Part shown: piece by piece, positions 1 through 11,006 of the stretch
Layout of the letters: every line of letters begins with the position of its first letter
How positions within the stretch are numbered: the first letter of the stretch is position 1
Source: an uncultured Planctomycetota bacterium
Lineage (GTDB): Bacteria; Planctomycetota; Planctomycetia; Gemmatales; Gemmataceae
Reading direction: 5' to 3'
DNA length: 64,000 nt
NCBI GenBank assembly: GCA_963849325.1
Contig: CAWKHF010000002.1
Coordinates: 608,001-672,000 of the forward strand
The notes under the pieces: generated by a model
What the model saw: the letters and a program-made list of their open reading frames with translations, nothing else
What the model was told of the DNA's origin: nothing
Database searches by the model: none
Position numbers and translations under genes: made by a program

Positions 1-590
1 GAACTTGGCCAGTTCAATGGGACGGCTCTGGCCGTGCGGGCCGACCACGACGGCGGTGGCGCCCAGGGCGATCAGCGCCGGCGCCAGCGTCGAAGGATTG
101 ACGATGACGCACTTGTGGCCCTGGGTGAAGATGGCGTGGTAGCGGTTCTCGCCGTCGATGGCGAAGCACTTGTCGCCGCCCTTGAGCAGGCAGTGCGTAT
201 GCTCGTCGCGGAAGTACCAGCAGCGGTTGCGCTGGCACAGGTTGCCGCCGAGCGTGCCCATGTTGCGGATCTGCGGCCCGCCGATGTCGCCGGCCGCCGT
301 GGTCAGGGCCGGGAAGTGCTTGCGCAATTTGGGGTGCTCGGCGATCGCCGCGAGCTTCACACCGGCGCCGATCACGAATGCGGGAGGGTCGGCGATCATC
401 TCGATGGCGGTGAATTTCCCGCCCAGGTCGCGGAGGCTGACGACCTTGTCCGGCTGGGCGATGTACTCCTTTTGCAAATCGAGCAGGTCGGTGCCGCCGG
501 CCAGCAATTCGCGTCGTGCCCCATTTGTTATCGAGCAGGGCGACCGCCTGCTCGGGGCTGCTCGGGACGGTAATAGGTGAAGTTTTTCAT
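1..590 (-). CDS. Xanthine dehydrogenase/aldehyde oxidoreductase family FAD-binding subunit (runs off window start, frameshifted)
   Basis: ATG at 590 (MKNFTYYRP). Minus-strand reading then gives GGTDLLDLQKE, PQIRNMGTLGGNLCQRNRCWYFR and GENRYHAIF, typical YagS/PaoB-type FAD subunit motifs. Follows the Mo subunit. Confidence 0.85.
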
Positions 591-591
591 T

Positions 592-2827
592 TCACCCCCT
601 CCTTTCCGCGCCAGGGCGGCCAGCACTCGTTCCGGCGTGAACGGCGTCTGCGGCACGCGGACGCCGATGGCGTTGAAGATGGCGTTGCCGATGGCCGCGT
701 GCGTCGAGATGGTCGGCGGCTCGCCGATGCCGATGACGCCGCGCTCCGGCATGTCGTGCAGATGGACGACGATCTTCGGCATGTCCTCGATGCCGCCCAG
801 CTTGTAGAACTCCATGTCGGCGTTGACCTGCCGGCCGGTCACGCGGTCCATGATGCGCTCCTCGAAGAGGGCGTAATTGAGCCCATGATGACGCCGCCGG
901 CCACCTGCGACTCGCAGGTCAGCTGGTTGACGACCATGCCGCAGTCCTGCACGGCCACGATCTGCGTGCAGCGGACCACGCCGGTTTCGGTGTCCACGGC
1001 GACCTCGGCGATCTGCACGCCGCCGACGCCGGTGCTGGAGACGTCCTTGTTCTCCGCCTTGGTCGAGTCGCCGTAGGTCCAGCTGCCGGTCCCCTTGGCC
1101 TGCTCCATGCCCAGCACGGCGCACGCCTTCTTCCACTCCCACGACTTGCCGCTGGTCGTATCGACCACCTTGCCCGGCTCGATGGCCAGGTTTTCGGCCT
1201 TGGTGTTGAGCTTCGGCGCGATCTTGGCGAACAGGTCGTCGCGCGCCGCCGTGGCCGCCCGCAGGGTGGCGGGCGCCTGCGACGGGGATGGTCGTGCTGC
1301 CGCCCGAGCCGCTGGAGGCACCGTTGGGACTTTCGCCGAATTGCAAGGTGATTTGTCCCGGCTCCAGGCCGAGGATTTCCGCCGTCACGAGGGCCGTCAC
1401 GGTGCGCTGTGCCGGTGCCGAGATCCTGCGTCGAAGTGCGGGCCGTCACCGAGCCGTCGGCGGCGATGGTGATGGTGCACTCGTTGAGCTGCGGGCTGGC
1501 CTGCCCGCCCCAGGTGTGCAGGGCCATGCCGATGCCGTGCTTGATCGACGCCGGGCGTCTGGCCCGGCGGGTGCCATTTCTCCTTCCACTTCGCCAGGCC
1601 TGCGGCGATCTCGATCTCGCTGCGTGTAGATCGTGTTCTTGCAGAGCGTCCAGCGAGTGCGGGGCCGATTTGACCTTCACCGGATCGTTTTGCGGCAGGT
1701 TCTTCAGCCGCAATTGCAGCGGGTCCATGCCGAGCTTGGCCGCCAGGTCGTCGAGGATGAACTCGGTGAGCGTGCAGTTCTGCGGATGGTTGGGCGCCCG
1801 CATGGCCCGCTGCTGGCCGGCGTTGGTGCGGATGCGCGTGTGCTTGCGGTTGATACGCAAACGGATAAACATAGGGCAGGGCATTGAACGTCACCGTGTC
1901 GCTGGCGCCGACGCCGGGCGTGCCGTAGCAATCGACCTCGTAGGCGGTGACCGTGCCGTCCTTGGTGGCGCCGATCTTGACCTTGCCGAAGGCCGACGGA
2001 CGATTGCCGCCGGCGGTGATCTCGCTGGCGCGATCGAGCATGAGCTTGACCGGCGCCTTGGCCTTGCGGGCCAGCTCGGCCGCGACGATGCCCTGGATGT
2101 CCGGGCCGAACTTGCTGCCGAAGCCGCCGCCCATGTAGTGCGTGATGCACTTGACCTTGCTGGCCGGCAGATCGATCTTGTACTTGCCGGCGAAATACTT
2201 GGCCAGCTGGTCGGCCGTGCCCCAGACGGCCTGCGTCGAGGCCCACACGGTCAAGCCGCCGTCCTTGTCCCACTCGGCGACCAGGCCGTGCGATTCCAGG
2301 CACTGATGGCAGATGGTCGGCACGCCGTAGCTGCCCTCGACCGTCACCTCGGCGGAGGCCATGCCCTTGTCGAACCCTTCCGACTTCGCCTCCTTGGGCG
2401 TCAGCACGTTGTTGCGTTTGCCGCCGATGGGCGAGACCGTCTTGCGGTCCTCCTTCAGAGCATCCTCTTCCTTGACGATGTGCGGCAGCACCTCGTACTC
2501 GACCTTGACGGCGCGGACGGCGTCGAGGGCGTGCTCCTCGGTGTCGGCGGCCAGGGCGAGGATTTCGTCGCCGGCGTAGTAGACCTCGGCGCCGGCCTTG
2601 GCGACGAGATGGACGGCCTTGACGCCGGGCATCTTCTCGGCGGCGGCGGTGTCGAGGTTCTTGATTTTCGCATGGGCGTGCGGGACTGCGCAGCATGATG
2701 GCGTGCAGCATGCCGGGGCGGTTGATGTCGTAGCTGTATTTCGCCTTGCCGGTCGCCTTGGCGGGACCGTCGAGGCGTTGGAGCTTGGTGCCGATGAGTC
2801 GGCGATTTTTGGCCAGGATGTCGCCAT
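592..2827 (-). CDS. Xanthine dehydrogenase family molybdopterin-binding subunit (frameshifted)
   Basis: Motifs across ORF fragments: RLDGPAKATGKAKY, HYMGGGFGSK, RAMRAPNHPQ, QDLGTG, SQVAGG, GIGEPPTI, NAIFNAIGVR. The stop position is approximate because of indels. Confidence 0.9.
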
Positions 2828-2830
2828 GAG

Positions 2831-3474
2831 TTAGCCTCCCTTCTGCTGGGCCTTGCACAGGGCGGCGATGGCGTCGCGCATCTGCTCGTAGGTGCCGCAG
2901 CGGCAGATGTTGCCGGACAGCGCCTTCCTCGATCTCGGCCGGCGTCGCCTTGGGGTTCTTGTCGAAGCCGGCGCGCATGGCCACGACGAAGCCGGGCGTG
3001 CAGAAGCCGCACTGCTGGGCGTCGTGCTGGACGAACGCCGCCGGCACCGCGTCGAGCTTGCCGCCGTCGACGAGGCTCTCGGCCGTCTTGATCTTCTTGC
3101 CCTGCGCTTCGAGCGCGAGCGTGGTGCAGGAGTAGACGGGCTTGCCGTCGAGCAGGACGGTGCAGGCGCCGCAGGTGCCGCGATCGCAGACGCGCTTGCA
3201 GCCGGTGACGTCGAGGTAGTTGCGCAGGGCGTCGAGCAGGGTGACGCGCGGCTCGACGGTGGTGGTCATCTTGGCGCTCGTTGACGTCGAGCGTGAGCTT
3301 GACCGGACCCGGCCCGATGGCCGTGGCCTCGATCTTGGCCGGCGCCGCCTCGGCGACAGGAGCCAGCGGCGCCTCGGCCAGGGCGGCGGTGGCGGCGGCC
3401 GCCCCCGTGCCGCGCAGGAAGTCGCGCCGGGACAGTCCCGGCCCATTCTTGTTGCGTCCCTGTGTGTCGCTCAT
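2831..3474 (-). CDS. (2Fe-2S)-binding small subunit with Tat signal peptide (PaoA/YagT-like; frameshifted)
   Basis: Twin-arginine motif LSRRDFLRG; GCKRVCDRGTCGACTV and QCGFCTPG 2Fe-2S motifs. Confidence 0.9.
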
Positions 3475-4082
3475 CAGTTGCGGCCCTCCCCTGGATGGCT
3501 GGGATGAAGACAGTCCGCGATCGCGCAGCCGCGATGGAGATGCGAGGATTCTAAGGGCGGAGCAAGAGGAGAACAAGCAAAATGCCTGACTTTTTCCGCG
3601 CGACCGCCGCTTCCGGCGAATAGAAGGACGTGGCTATGCTCAGCCCTCTTCGGGAGGGTCTGGCTGCGGAGGGGGCCACTCGTCCCGGACGGGGCACCAC
3701 CCGAACCGGAGGGAGGCGCGGCGGCAGGTCTGGACGGCAAGGCCGCCACTCGCGTCAAGATGTCTCGCAAGACGGCGCCGGGGACGATTCCGGCAACGCT
3801 TTGGACGTCGGCCGGCGCGATGCGGGCGAGCCAGCTACAGACCGCCGCACACTTCCGGTTCAGCCCGGTGCGCGGATGTCCGCGTGCGTGCCAAGGCAGC
3901 AAGACGTGATCGGCGGGTAGTGGTTGCGGAAGTTGGCTGGTGATCGCCACCACGTCCAGCGGTCCCGATGCGGTGATGGGATCGCTGGGCGAGACGATGA
4001 CGACGGGGCGCGCCTTGCGGACGCCATTCGCGTCCGCCAGCTCGGCCCAGACAATGTGACCGCATTGCAGAGGCGGCGTCAT
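3474..4082 (-). CDS. PemK/MazF-family toxin (C-terminal extension may be an artefact)
   Basis: GHIVWAEL...KARPVVIVS...VVAITS matches the PemK/MazF pattern; lies directly downstream of a small antitoxin-like ORF. Confidence 0.75.
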   Translation of the reverse strand: MTPPLQCGHIVWAELADANGVRKARPVVIVSPSDPITASGPLDVVAITSQLPQPLPADHVLLPWHARGHPRTGLNRKCAAVCSWLARIAPADVQSVAGIVPGAVLRDILTRVAALPSRPAAAPPSGSGGAPSGTSGPLRSQTLPKRAEHSHVLLFAGSGGRAEKVRHFACSPLAPPLESSHLHRGCAIADCLHPSHPGEGRN

Positions 4083-4100
4083 GGCCTTCCCCCGCCGCCC

Positions 4101-4388
4101 TTAAAACGGTTTGGGCTCTTCGTTGTCAAACCAACTTTGCGGTGGAGGCGAGGACTTGACCAACTGCTCCCAGTCCATTTGAGTAGCCAATCGTTCGGCC
4201 TCCTCCCGTGCAAGCACGTCCTGCATCCATTCCAGATATTCCAGAGGGACGACAGCGGCCAAATCCGCGCCATCGCGACGAACGATGACAGGGCGCCGAT
4301 CCGCGGCGACGCGGCTCAGCACCTCTGCATATTCCTGAACCGCTTGCGGTTCGTCCACGTGTCCCGGCGTCGGTACAGGCAATGACAT
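4101..4388 (-). CDS. Phd/YefM-like antitoxin
   Basis: 95 aa; RVAADRRPVIVRRDGADLAAVVPLEYLE resembles the Phd/YefM core; 18 bp upstream of the toxin. Confidence 0.65.
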   Translation of the reverse strand: MSLPVPTPGHVDEPQAVQEYAEVLSRVAADRRPVIVRRDGADLAAVVPLEYLEWMQDVLAREEAERLATQMDWEQLVKSSPPPQSWFDNEEPKPF

Positions 4389-4498
4389 GGGTTGGCACCT
4401 CCACGATTCGATCCAGCTCAGAGTCCCTACGCGCAAGTTATCCCACCTGGCGATCGGCAGCAAGCTCGGACTCGAAAGGATGCGACGCGGTAATCCTT

Positions 4499-5332
4499 TC
4501 AGTCGTGCCAGTCCAGATCGGCAGCGTCGAAAACGGGTCCATCCACGCACACCCGCCGATAGTCCCAACTCTCGGCGGTGCGGACGCGCGTCACGCAGCT
4601 GAAACAGATGCCGACGCCGCAAGCCATCGGCGTCTCCAGCGATAAATGACAAGGCACGCCCCAGCGCCGGGCCAGGTTCGACAATGCTCGCAGCATCGGC
4701 TCGGGACCACAACCGATGAGATGCCGCGGCGGCGCGTGCTGTTGGAGCAACTGCGTCACGAAGCCGCGGAAGCCGAGCGTGCCGTCGTCGCTGGCGAGAT
4801 GGACGGTCGCCCCGGCACTGCGGAAATCCTCGACGCCGGCGGCGAGGTCGGCTGTACGCACGCCGTAATAGAGGGAGACGCGCTCGGCCGCGCGGCGCGG
4901 CGGACGACCGCCGTAACCGCGCGTGCCCAGCAGATCGCGGACGTGAGCGAGGAACGGCGTTTGGCCGATGCCGCCGGCGACGAGGGCGACATGATCGAGG
5001 TCGTGCAGGTCGGGGAAACCGTTGCCCAGCGGTCCCCACACCTCGACCCGATCGCCGGCTCGTAGCGCCGCCAGCAAGCCGGTCAGCTTGCCGACGATGA
5101 GATAGACCACATCAATGGCTACGGATTGACCCGCGCCGTCGAGAACGGTGTCGTACAGGGCGAAGGGCCGGCCCAGCAGCGGATCGCTGGGACCGGGCAG
5201 ACGGATCATGACAAACTGGCCGGGGCGGATGGCGCGGGCCAACTCGGGACTGTGCAGACGAATGCGGTAGGTCTGGCGAGCGAGCGGGACGTTCTCGCGC
5301 ACCTCGACGGCGGCATGGACGAGCGGCGTCAT
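4499..5332 (-). CDS. pyrK: Dihydroorotate dehydrogenase electron transfer subunit
   Basis: PGQFVM, RPFAL, GPLGNGF, AGGIG, CGPEPM, MACGVGICFSC, RVCVDGPVF. Confidence 0.9.
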   Translation of the reverse strand: MTPLVHAAVEVRENVPLARQTYRIRLHSPELARAIRPGQFVMIRLPGPSDPLLGRPFALYDTVLDGAGQSVAIDVVYLIVGKLTGLLAALRAGDRVEVWGPLGNGFPDLHDLDHVALVAGGIGQTPFLAHVRDLLGTRGYGGRPPRRAAERVSLYYGVRTADLAAGVEDFRSAGATVHLASDDGTLGFRGFVTQLLQQHAPPRHLIGCGPEPMLRALSNLARRWGVPCHLSLETPMACGVGICFSCVTRVRTAESWDYRRVCVDGPVFDAADLDWHD

Positions 5333-6100
5333 GTCGTCGGCCTGGAGGTTTCGGATTTCGGATTTCGTGCTTCGGATTTCCGCGTCGCGGCTCGGCGGAG
5401 ACGTTCGAGTTCCTCACCCTTGAGCCGCCGAGCCTTGCCGCGCGGCAGACGGTCGAGACGGACGGGCCCGATGGCGGTGCGACGCAGGACCATGACCTTG
5501 TGGCCCAGGCGGGCCAACATGCGGCGGACCTCGCGGTTCTTGCCCTCGTTGAGCACGATCTCCAGCCAGGTGCTTTCGCCCTGCGATTTGAGGCGCTTGA
5601 CGCGGCGGGCGCGGACATGGCCGTCGCTGAGCCAAACGCCCTTGAGCAGCTGCTGCAAGTCCTCGGCGTCGGGATGGCCGGCGACTTGCACCAGGTACGT
5701 CTTCTCGACGCCGAAGCGCGGGTGCATCAGGCGGTTGGCCAGGTCGCCGTCGTTGGTCAACAGCAGCAAGCCCTCGCTGTCCTCGTCGAGCCGGCCGACG
5801 GTGTAGACGCGCTGGCGGACGTGCGGCACGCAGATCGACGGCGCGCGGCCGGCCGGCGGGATCGTGATTGGTGCACAGGTAGCCGCGCGGCTTGTTGACC
5901 AGCCAGTAGACGAGCTTTTCGCCGTGCAGCGGCTGGCCGTCCACGCACACGGCCGCATCGGGTTCGACTTTCGTGCCCAGCTCGCGGACGGTTCGCCCGT
6001 CGACGGTGACGCGGCCGCGGAGGATCAGTTCTTCACAGTGGCGGCGCGAGCCGACGCCGGCGTGAGCCAGGAATTTGTTGAGGCGTTCCATGACCGTCAT
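5329..6100 (-). CDS. 23S rRNA pseudouridine synthase, RluB/RsuA family (frameshifted)
   Basis: S4 domain [49 protein letters not shown]. Confidence 0.9.
5349..5380. repeat. 7-bp periodic repeat (TTTCGGA/TTTCGTG) within the 3' end of the pseudouridine synthase gene
   Basis: tttcggatttcggatttcgtgcttcggatttc; read as [11 protein letters not shown] on the minus strand. Confidence 0.7.
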
Positions 6101-6287
6101 TGTAGCGAACGAGAAAGGGATGAGGAGTCAGAGGCAGCGTTTCACGTATTCGCTATGTCGGACCTGCCTTGCTGTTCCCGCTCAGCAAAGGGACAGCTTT
6201 TTCTTGGCGGCGATTGAACCGCGCGAGGATTGGCTTCGACTAGCAGAGAAGAAGTCCATCCGGCGGACCTGCACAGAGGTGGAAACC

Positions 6288-6851
6288 ATGACGGAAGCGG
6301 TGCGCCGCGCACGTGAGGAATGGCTCGTCCTCCGCTGTCAACTCGGCGAGCCGGAAGCGTTCGCCGAACTGGTCCGCGAGATGGAGCGGCCACTCCTGTA
6401 CTACGCGACGAAGCTCCTAAAGGACGAAAACAAGGCGTTCGACGTGCTCCAGGAGGTTTGGCTCACCGTCTTCCGGCAGGTGCGCCGATTGCGCGAGCCA
6501 CGGACGTTGCGGACCTGGCTCTATCGCATTGCGCACGGCCGGATCGTGGATCACATTCGCCAGGATTTGTCGCGCGGGAAGATCGAGAAGGCGCGAGCGG
6601 ATGCTCTGATGGAGGCGGAGGAGGGACCATCGTTCCGCGACGAGGACGCCGCCGCGATTCATCAAGCCCTCGATACGATCGATGCCCGGCATCGCGAAGT
6701 GCTCGTCCTGCACTTTCTGGAAGAGTTGTCGGTGGCGGAGGTGGCGTCCATCGTCGGCTGTCCGGAGGGCACGGTGAAATCGCGGATCCACCATGCCAAG
6801 AAAGCCTTGAAAGACGCCCTGGTGCGAGGTGGTTATGGGACCGAATCGTGA
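6288..6851 (+). CDS. ECF RNA polymerase sigma factor
   Basis: DVLQEVW, RTWLYRIA (region 2); REVLVLHFLEELSVAEVASIVGCPEGTVKSRIHHA (region 4). Confidence 0.92.
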   Translation: MTEAVRRAREEWLVLRCQLGEPEAFAELVREMERPLLYYATKLLKDENKAFDVLQEVWLTVFRQVRRLREPRTLRTWLYRIAHGRIVDHIRQDLSRGKIEKARADALMEAEEGPSFRDEDAAAIHQALDTIDARHREVLVLHFLEELSVAEVASIVGCPEGTVKSRIHHAKKALKDALVRGGYGTES

Positions 6852-7242
6852 CAGCTTGCGCGACCGTCTGCTGGCGCAGTCCGTGCCGCAAGCGCAAAAA
6901 CTCGATGCGTATCGAAAGGAGGTTCAGGCCATGTTGGAACGCAATGAGAAACTACTCCGTCGGGAGAAGTGGGGTGTCACCGTGTTTTGGTTCGTGGCCG
7001 TGGTTTGCTTGACCGGCTTCCTCCTGTGGATGGGCTTTACGAACCCTATCGGAATGGACCCGAAGAGCTTGTCTTTCGCATCCATCGCTGCCTCCGTGCT
7101 TGTGATGGTCCTCTACGGGAGCCTTGAGTTGCTGAAACACTTCATCAACCGCAGCCGCGTAGAGATCCTCAAGGAAGTGAAAGGCATCGAGATCCAGCTT
7201 CTGGAGTTGCGCGAAGAGATGCGAACACGAAACAGCTCGTGA
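6835..7242 (+). CDS. Membrane protein, putative anti-sigma factor
   Basis: Overlaps the sigma stop; two hydrophobic segments and a C-terminal coiled coil. Confidence 0.65.
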   Translation: MGPNRDSLRDRLLAQSVPQAQKLDAYRKEVQAMLERNEKLLRREKWGVTVFWFVAVVCLTGFLLWMGFTNPIGMDPKSLSFASIAASVLVMVLYGSLELLKHFINRSRVEILKEVKGIEIQLLELREEMRTRNSS

Positions 7243-7256
7243 GTCCGTCGATGACC

Positions 7257-7299
7257 GCTCGCAGCGTCCGCAGGGGGCGCCCTTGCGGACGCTGCGGGC
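7257..7299. repeat. REP-like palindrome between convergent genes
   Basis: gctcgcagcgtccgcaggg / ccttgcggacgctgcgggc. Confidence 0.75.
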
Positions 7300-7310
7300 T
7301 AGTAAATTCC

Positions 7311-8051
7311 TCACACGCCCAGCGATTGCTTGAGATAACGCAATTCCTGCTGCAACTCGGCGACCGTCTGTTTCAGCGCCGCGATTTCGTCGTGCACCGT
7401 TCGCAGATCGGACTCCAACTCGGCTAACCGTTCGTCCGGACGGGAGGGAGTCACGGGAGGCGCGGCCGAGCGCGGCGACTCGAAGGCCGGTTCGGCGGCA
7501 ATCCTCGTCCGTAGGCGCTCCAGCTCGCGCGAATCGTGAAAACCGTGCGTCAGCATGGCGCCGCGCCGTTCCTCCGCCGTCAGGTAGACGACCAGCTTGC
7601 GCTCGACCAGCGGACGCAGCACGTTGCGCAGGGCGTCGAGGTCGTCGATCGGCTCCATGCGGCTGGCCCGGCCGCGCAGCTCGCCCTCGGTCTGCGGGCC
7701 GCGCAGCAGCAACTCGCCCAGCACGGCCAGATCGACCTTGTCCACGTGCCAGGCTTCGTAGAGGTTGTGCTTCCAGCGGATGACCCGGCCGCCGGTGATC
7801 TTGATGGCCAGACCCTTCTTCTGGCAGCGGACCAGCGTGTCCTCGACGTCGAGGTCGGACAGGTTGAGGAGCGGATCGCGGTTGGATTTCTGATTGCAGC
7901 CTGTAACCAGGGCGTTGATGCTCAGGGGATAGGTGTCGGGCGTGGTCTTGGCCTTCTCGACGAGGACGCCCAGCACGCGCCGCTCTTGCATGTCCAGGAC
8001 CGGCCAGGGGCCGGCCGCGCCGGGCGTAACCGCTTCCGTTTCGGGTGACAT
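7311..8051 (-). CDS. DUF480 (YceH-like) protein
   Basis: RVLGVLVEKAKTTPDTYPLSINALVTGCNQKSNRDP; LLLRGPQTEGELRGRASRM. Confidence 0.9.
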   Translation of the reverse strand: MSPETEAVTPGAAGPWPVLDMQERRVLGVLVEKAKTTPDTYPLSINALVTGCNQKSNRDPLLNLSDLDVEDTLVRCQKKGLAIKITGGRVIRWKHNLYEAWHVDKVDLAVLGELLLRGPQTEGELRGRASRMEPIDDLDALRNVLRPLVERKLVVYLTAEERRGAMLTHGFHDSRELERLRTRIAAEPAFESPRSAAPPVTPSRPDERLAELESDLRTVHDEIAALKQTVAELQQELRYLKQSLGV

Positions 8052-8080
8052 GCGATCTCCTTATCTATCCATTGTTTTCA

Positions 8081-8137
8081 TTTCGCGGCGGCTTGCAGAG
8101 CCGCGCAGGGAGCGCGGCTCTGCAAGCCGCCGCGAAA
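8081..8137. repeat. REP-like perfect palindrome
   Basis: tttcgcggcggcttgcagagccgcgc / gcgcggctctgcaagccgccgcgaaa. Confidence 0.85.
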
Positions 8138-8141
8138 CAAT

Positions 8142-9600
8142 CTACCCCTTGAGAAACTCCCTCCTGTGCCGTTTGTACGCCTCGACGCCCGGCTGGCCAT
8201 ACGGATTGACGCCCATCAGCCGCCCTTCAACGACCGTGGCCAGCATGAGCATCTGCAACAGCTGCCCCATCGTGTGCTCCGACAGCGTCGGCAGTACCAG
8301 GTCCGCCGTCGGCCGAGCCGCCTCGTGGTACGCCTGGTTGGCGCCGCGCAGCGCCGCGCCCAGGATGTCCGGCAGCCCCTTGCGATTGTACTGGTTCAGT
8401 TCGTCCTCGTTGTGGTCGGCCATCTGCACGAGGATGGGCACCGCCTTGGCGTTCTTAACGACGAGGTTATTGATGAGCCGATCGCGCGGCCCGTCCTGGT
8501 GTTGCTGGCCGCGAGCATGCAGGTCGCGGGAGCCAACCATCGTCAACGGCGTCGGGCCACGCCCCTGCTTGCCCAGACTTTGGGCCACCAGCTGATCGTA
8601 CCAATGGCCCACCGCTTCGAGCTTTTTCGACCACACCGACAGAACGCGCAGCGGCTTGTGATATTCCTCGGCCATCAGGTAATTGACGCCGGCGAATTGC
8701 AATACCGGGTTGCGCTCGAACGGCTCTTCGAGGAAGCGCTTGGTCATCGCGGCGGCGCCGAGCAGCAGGGCGCGCACGTCCAGGCCCATGACGGCGGCGG
8801 GCAGCAGACCGGCGGCGGTGAAGACGGAGAAACCCGCGCCGACGTTGTCCGGTGCGGTCAAAACGTCCGCGTCGCCGTGGCCGTGCGGCTCCGAACAGCC
8901 GGCGCAGCGGACTCTCGCCGGCGGTAACGGCCGCGAACAGCTCCGTCAGCCATTCCGAGCGCAGACCGTAATACTCGGCCGCCTCGCGGCGAAAGACGCG
9001 CAGGGCGACGCCCGGCTCCAGTGCGTCGCCGTCCTTGTCCACGGCCACGACCGCCCAGCGCTCCTCGCGCTGGTCGGGATCGACGCAGGTGATTTGCAGC
9101 AGATCGAGCAGGTTTTGCAGGGCGTCGTTGTCGGCGCTGTCGCCCTCGAAGTAGATACGCGGCACGCCCAGCCGCGTCTCGGGCGGCAACTCGTTGTGAT
9201 AGCGGCTGCACAGGGCCTCGAAGAGCGCGCGCGGACCCAGCACGTCGCCGCCGATGCCGAGAAAGACGACGCGATCGACCTGTTCGCGCAGGCGGGCGGC
9301 CAGGCGCAGGACGCGGCCGAGGTCGCTGGCCTCGCCCTTGCGGCGGTGATTGTCGAGGGTGGTCTGCGGCAGGTCGATGAAGCCGGCGTCCAGCGGCTGC
9401 ATCTCCGGCGGCACGTTGCGCATCTCGCGCTCGGCGGCCACCTGGCTGCGGCACTGCATCAACCGCGGAACCAGTTCCTTGAGCCGGCCTGGAGACAGGC
9501 AGTGACGGGCGCGCAGCTCGGCGACCGCGTCCCACTCCTCCCCTGCCGGTGCAAACAGTGATTGGTAGTGATAGGTGACTGCTTCATCGGGCAGTTCCAT
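8142..9600 (-). CDS. Glucose-6-phosphate isomerase-like protein (probable pseudoenzyme; one frameshift near 8890)
   Basis: PGI architecture (FLGIGG, WYDQLxxxSLGK, DLH, NPYGQPGVEAYK), but the catalytic and phosphate-binding motifs are altered (see findings). Confidence 0.8.
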
Positions 9601-9799
9601 GCTCATGAAAGGCACCTCTCGCGGAGACGGCCGAGCGCGCCCGGCCGGAGCGAATCGAACGCCATCGGCTCTCCCGAGAGGAGGGGGACTCGAATCGGAC
9701 GGCGAGCGCCGCCGCTCGAACCGAGCTGCTGAGGGAGAGGGGCAAAAAACCGCTCGTCGATACTATACTTCCGAAGTTGGGGTCGGTAAACTCCAGGAC

Positions 9800-11006
9800 A
9801 TGAACATGCACGAATTGATGCGCGAGCTGCGCGAAGACAACGCCACGAAAATCGTCCTGGTGGTGGCCGACGGCCTGGGCGGACTGCCCCTGGAGCCGGG
9901 CGGCAAGACCGAGCTGGAGACGGCGCGGACGCCGAACCTCGACGCCTGCGCCCGCGACGGCGTGTGCGGCCTGAGTATGCCGGTGTTGCCGGGCATCACG
10001 CCGGGCAGCGGGCCGGGCCATCTCGGCCTGTTCGGCTACGACCCGCTGGAGTACCGCATCGGTCGCGGCATCCTGGAGGCGCTGGGCATTCACTTCGAGG
10101 TCGGCCCGCGCGACGTGGCCACACGCGGCAACTTCTGCACGCTCGACGCCAAGGGTCTCATCAGCGACCGCCGCGCCGGCCGGCCGACGACGGAGCGCTG
10201 CGTCGAGATGTGCAAACGGCTGCAAACGATTCGCGTACCCGGCGTCGAGATGTTCGTCGAGCCGGTGCGCGAACATCGCTTCGTCGTCGTCTTCCGCGGC
10301 GAGGAACTGGGCGACGCGGTCAACGACACCGATCCGCAGCAGACCGGCCACGCTCCGCTGTCGGCCAAGGGCGCCGACGCCGCCTCGCAGAAAACAGCCG
10401 ACGCCGTCAATCGCTTCGTCGCCGAGGCCAACAAGGTGCTCCACGAGCACGCTCCGACCAACGGCGTGACGCTGCGCGGCTTCGCTCGCTATCCCAAGAT
10501 CGCCACCATGCAGCGACCTCTACGGCCTGCGCGCCGCGGCCATCGCCGTCTATCCGATGTACAAGGGTCTGGCCCGCCTTGTCGGCATGGACGTGCTCGA
10601 CGCCGGCTCGACGCTCAACGATCAGGTAGCGACGCTCCAGCGCGTCTGGGGCCAGTACGATTTCTTCTTCCTGCACTACAAGTACACCGACAGCACCGGC
10701 GAGGACGGCAACTTCGCGGCCAAGGTCGAGATGATCGAGCGCTTCGACGCCGAGATCGCCAAGGTGCGGGCGCTGGAGCCGGACGTGTTCATCGTCACCG
10801 GCGATCACAGTACGCCGAGCAAGCTCAAGAGTCACAGCTGGCATCCGGTGCCGGTGGTGCTGGTGGCGAAGTCGTGCCGGACGGACGCCGTGACGGAGTT
10901 TGGCGAGTCGCAATGTCTGCGTGGCGGACTGGGCCAGTTCCAGGCGATGTATCTGCTGCCGTTGGCGATGGCCCACGCCGGCCGGCTGGGCAAGTACGGG
11001 GCATGA
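9800..11006 (+). CDS. apgM: 2,3-bisphosphoglycerate-independent phosphoglycerate mutase, ApgM type (frameshift near 10515)
   Basis: VADGLGG, TELETARTPNLD, PGSGPGHLGLFGYDP, TGDHSTP, HSWHPVP. Confidence 0.88.

Noticed and set aside
528-1400. Mo-subunit/FAD-subunit fusion (RKGGGEMKNF)
   Set aside because: The junction is a G-run in an indel-rich region, so read-through is most likely an error.
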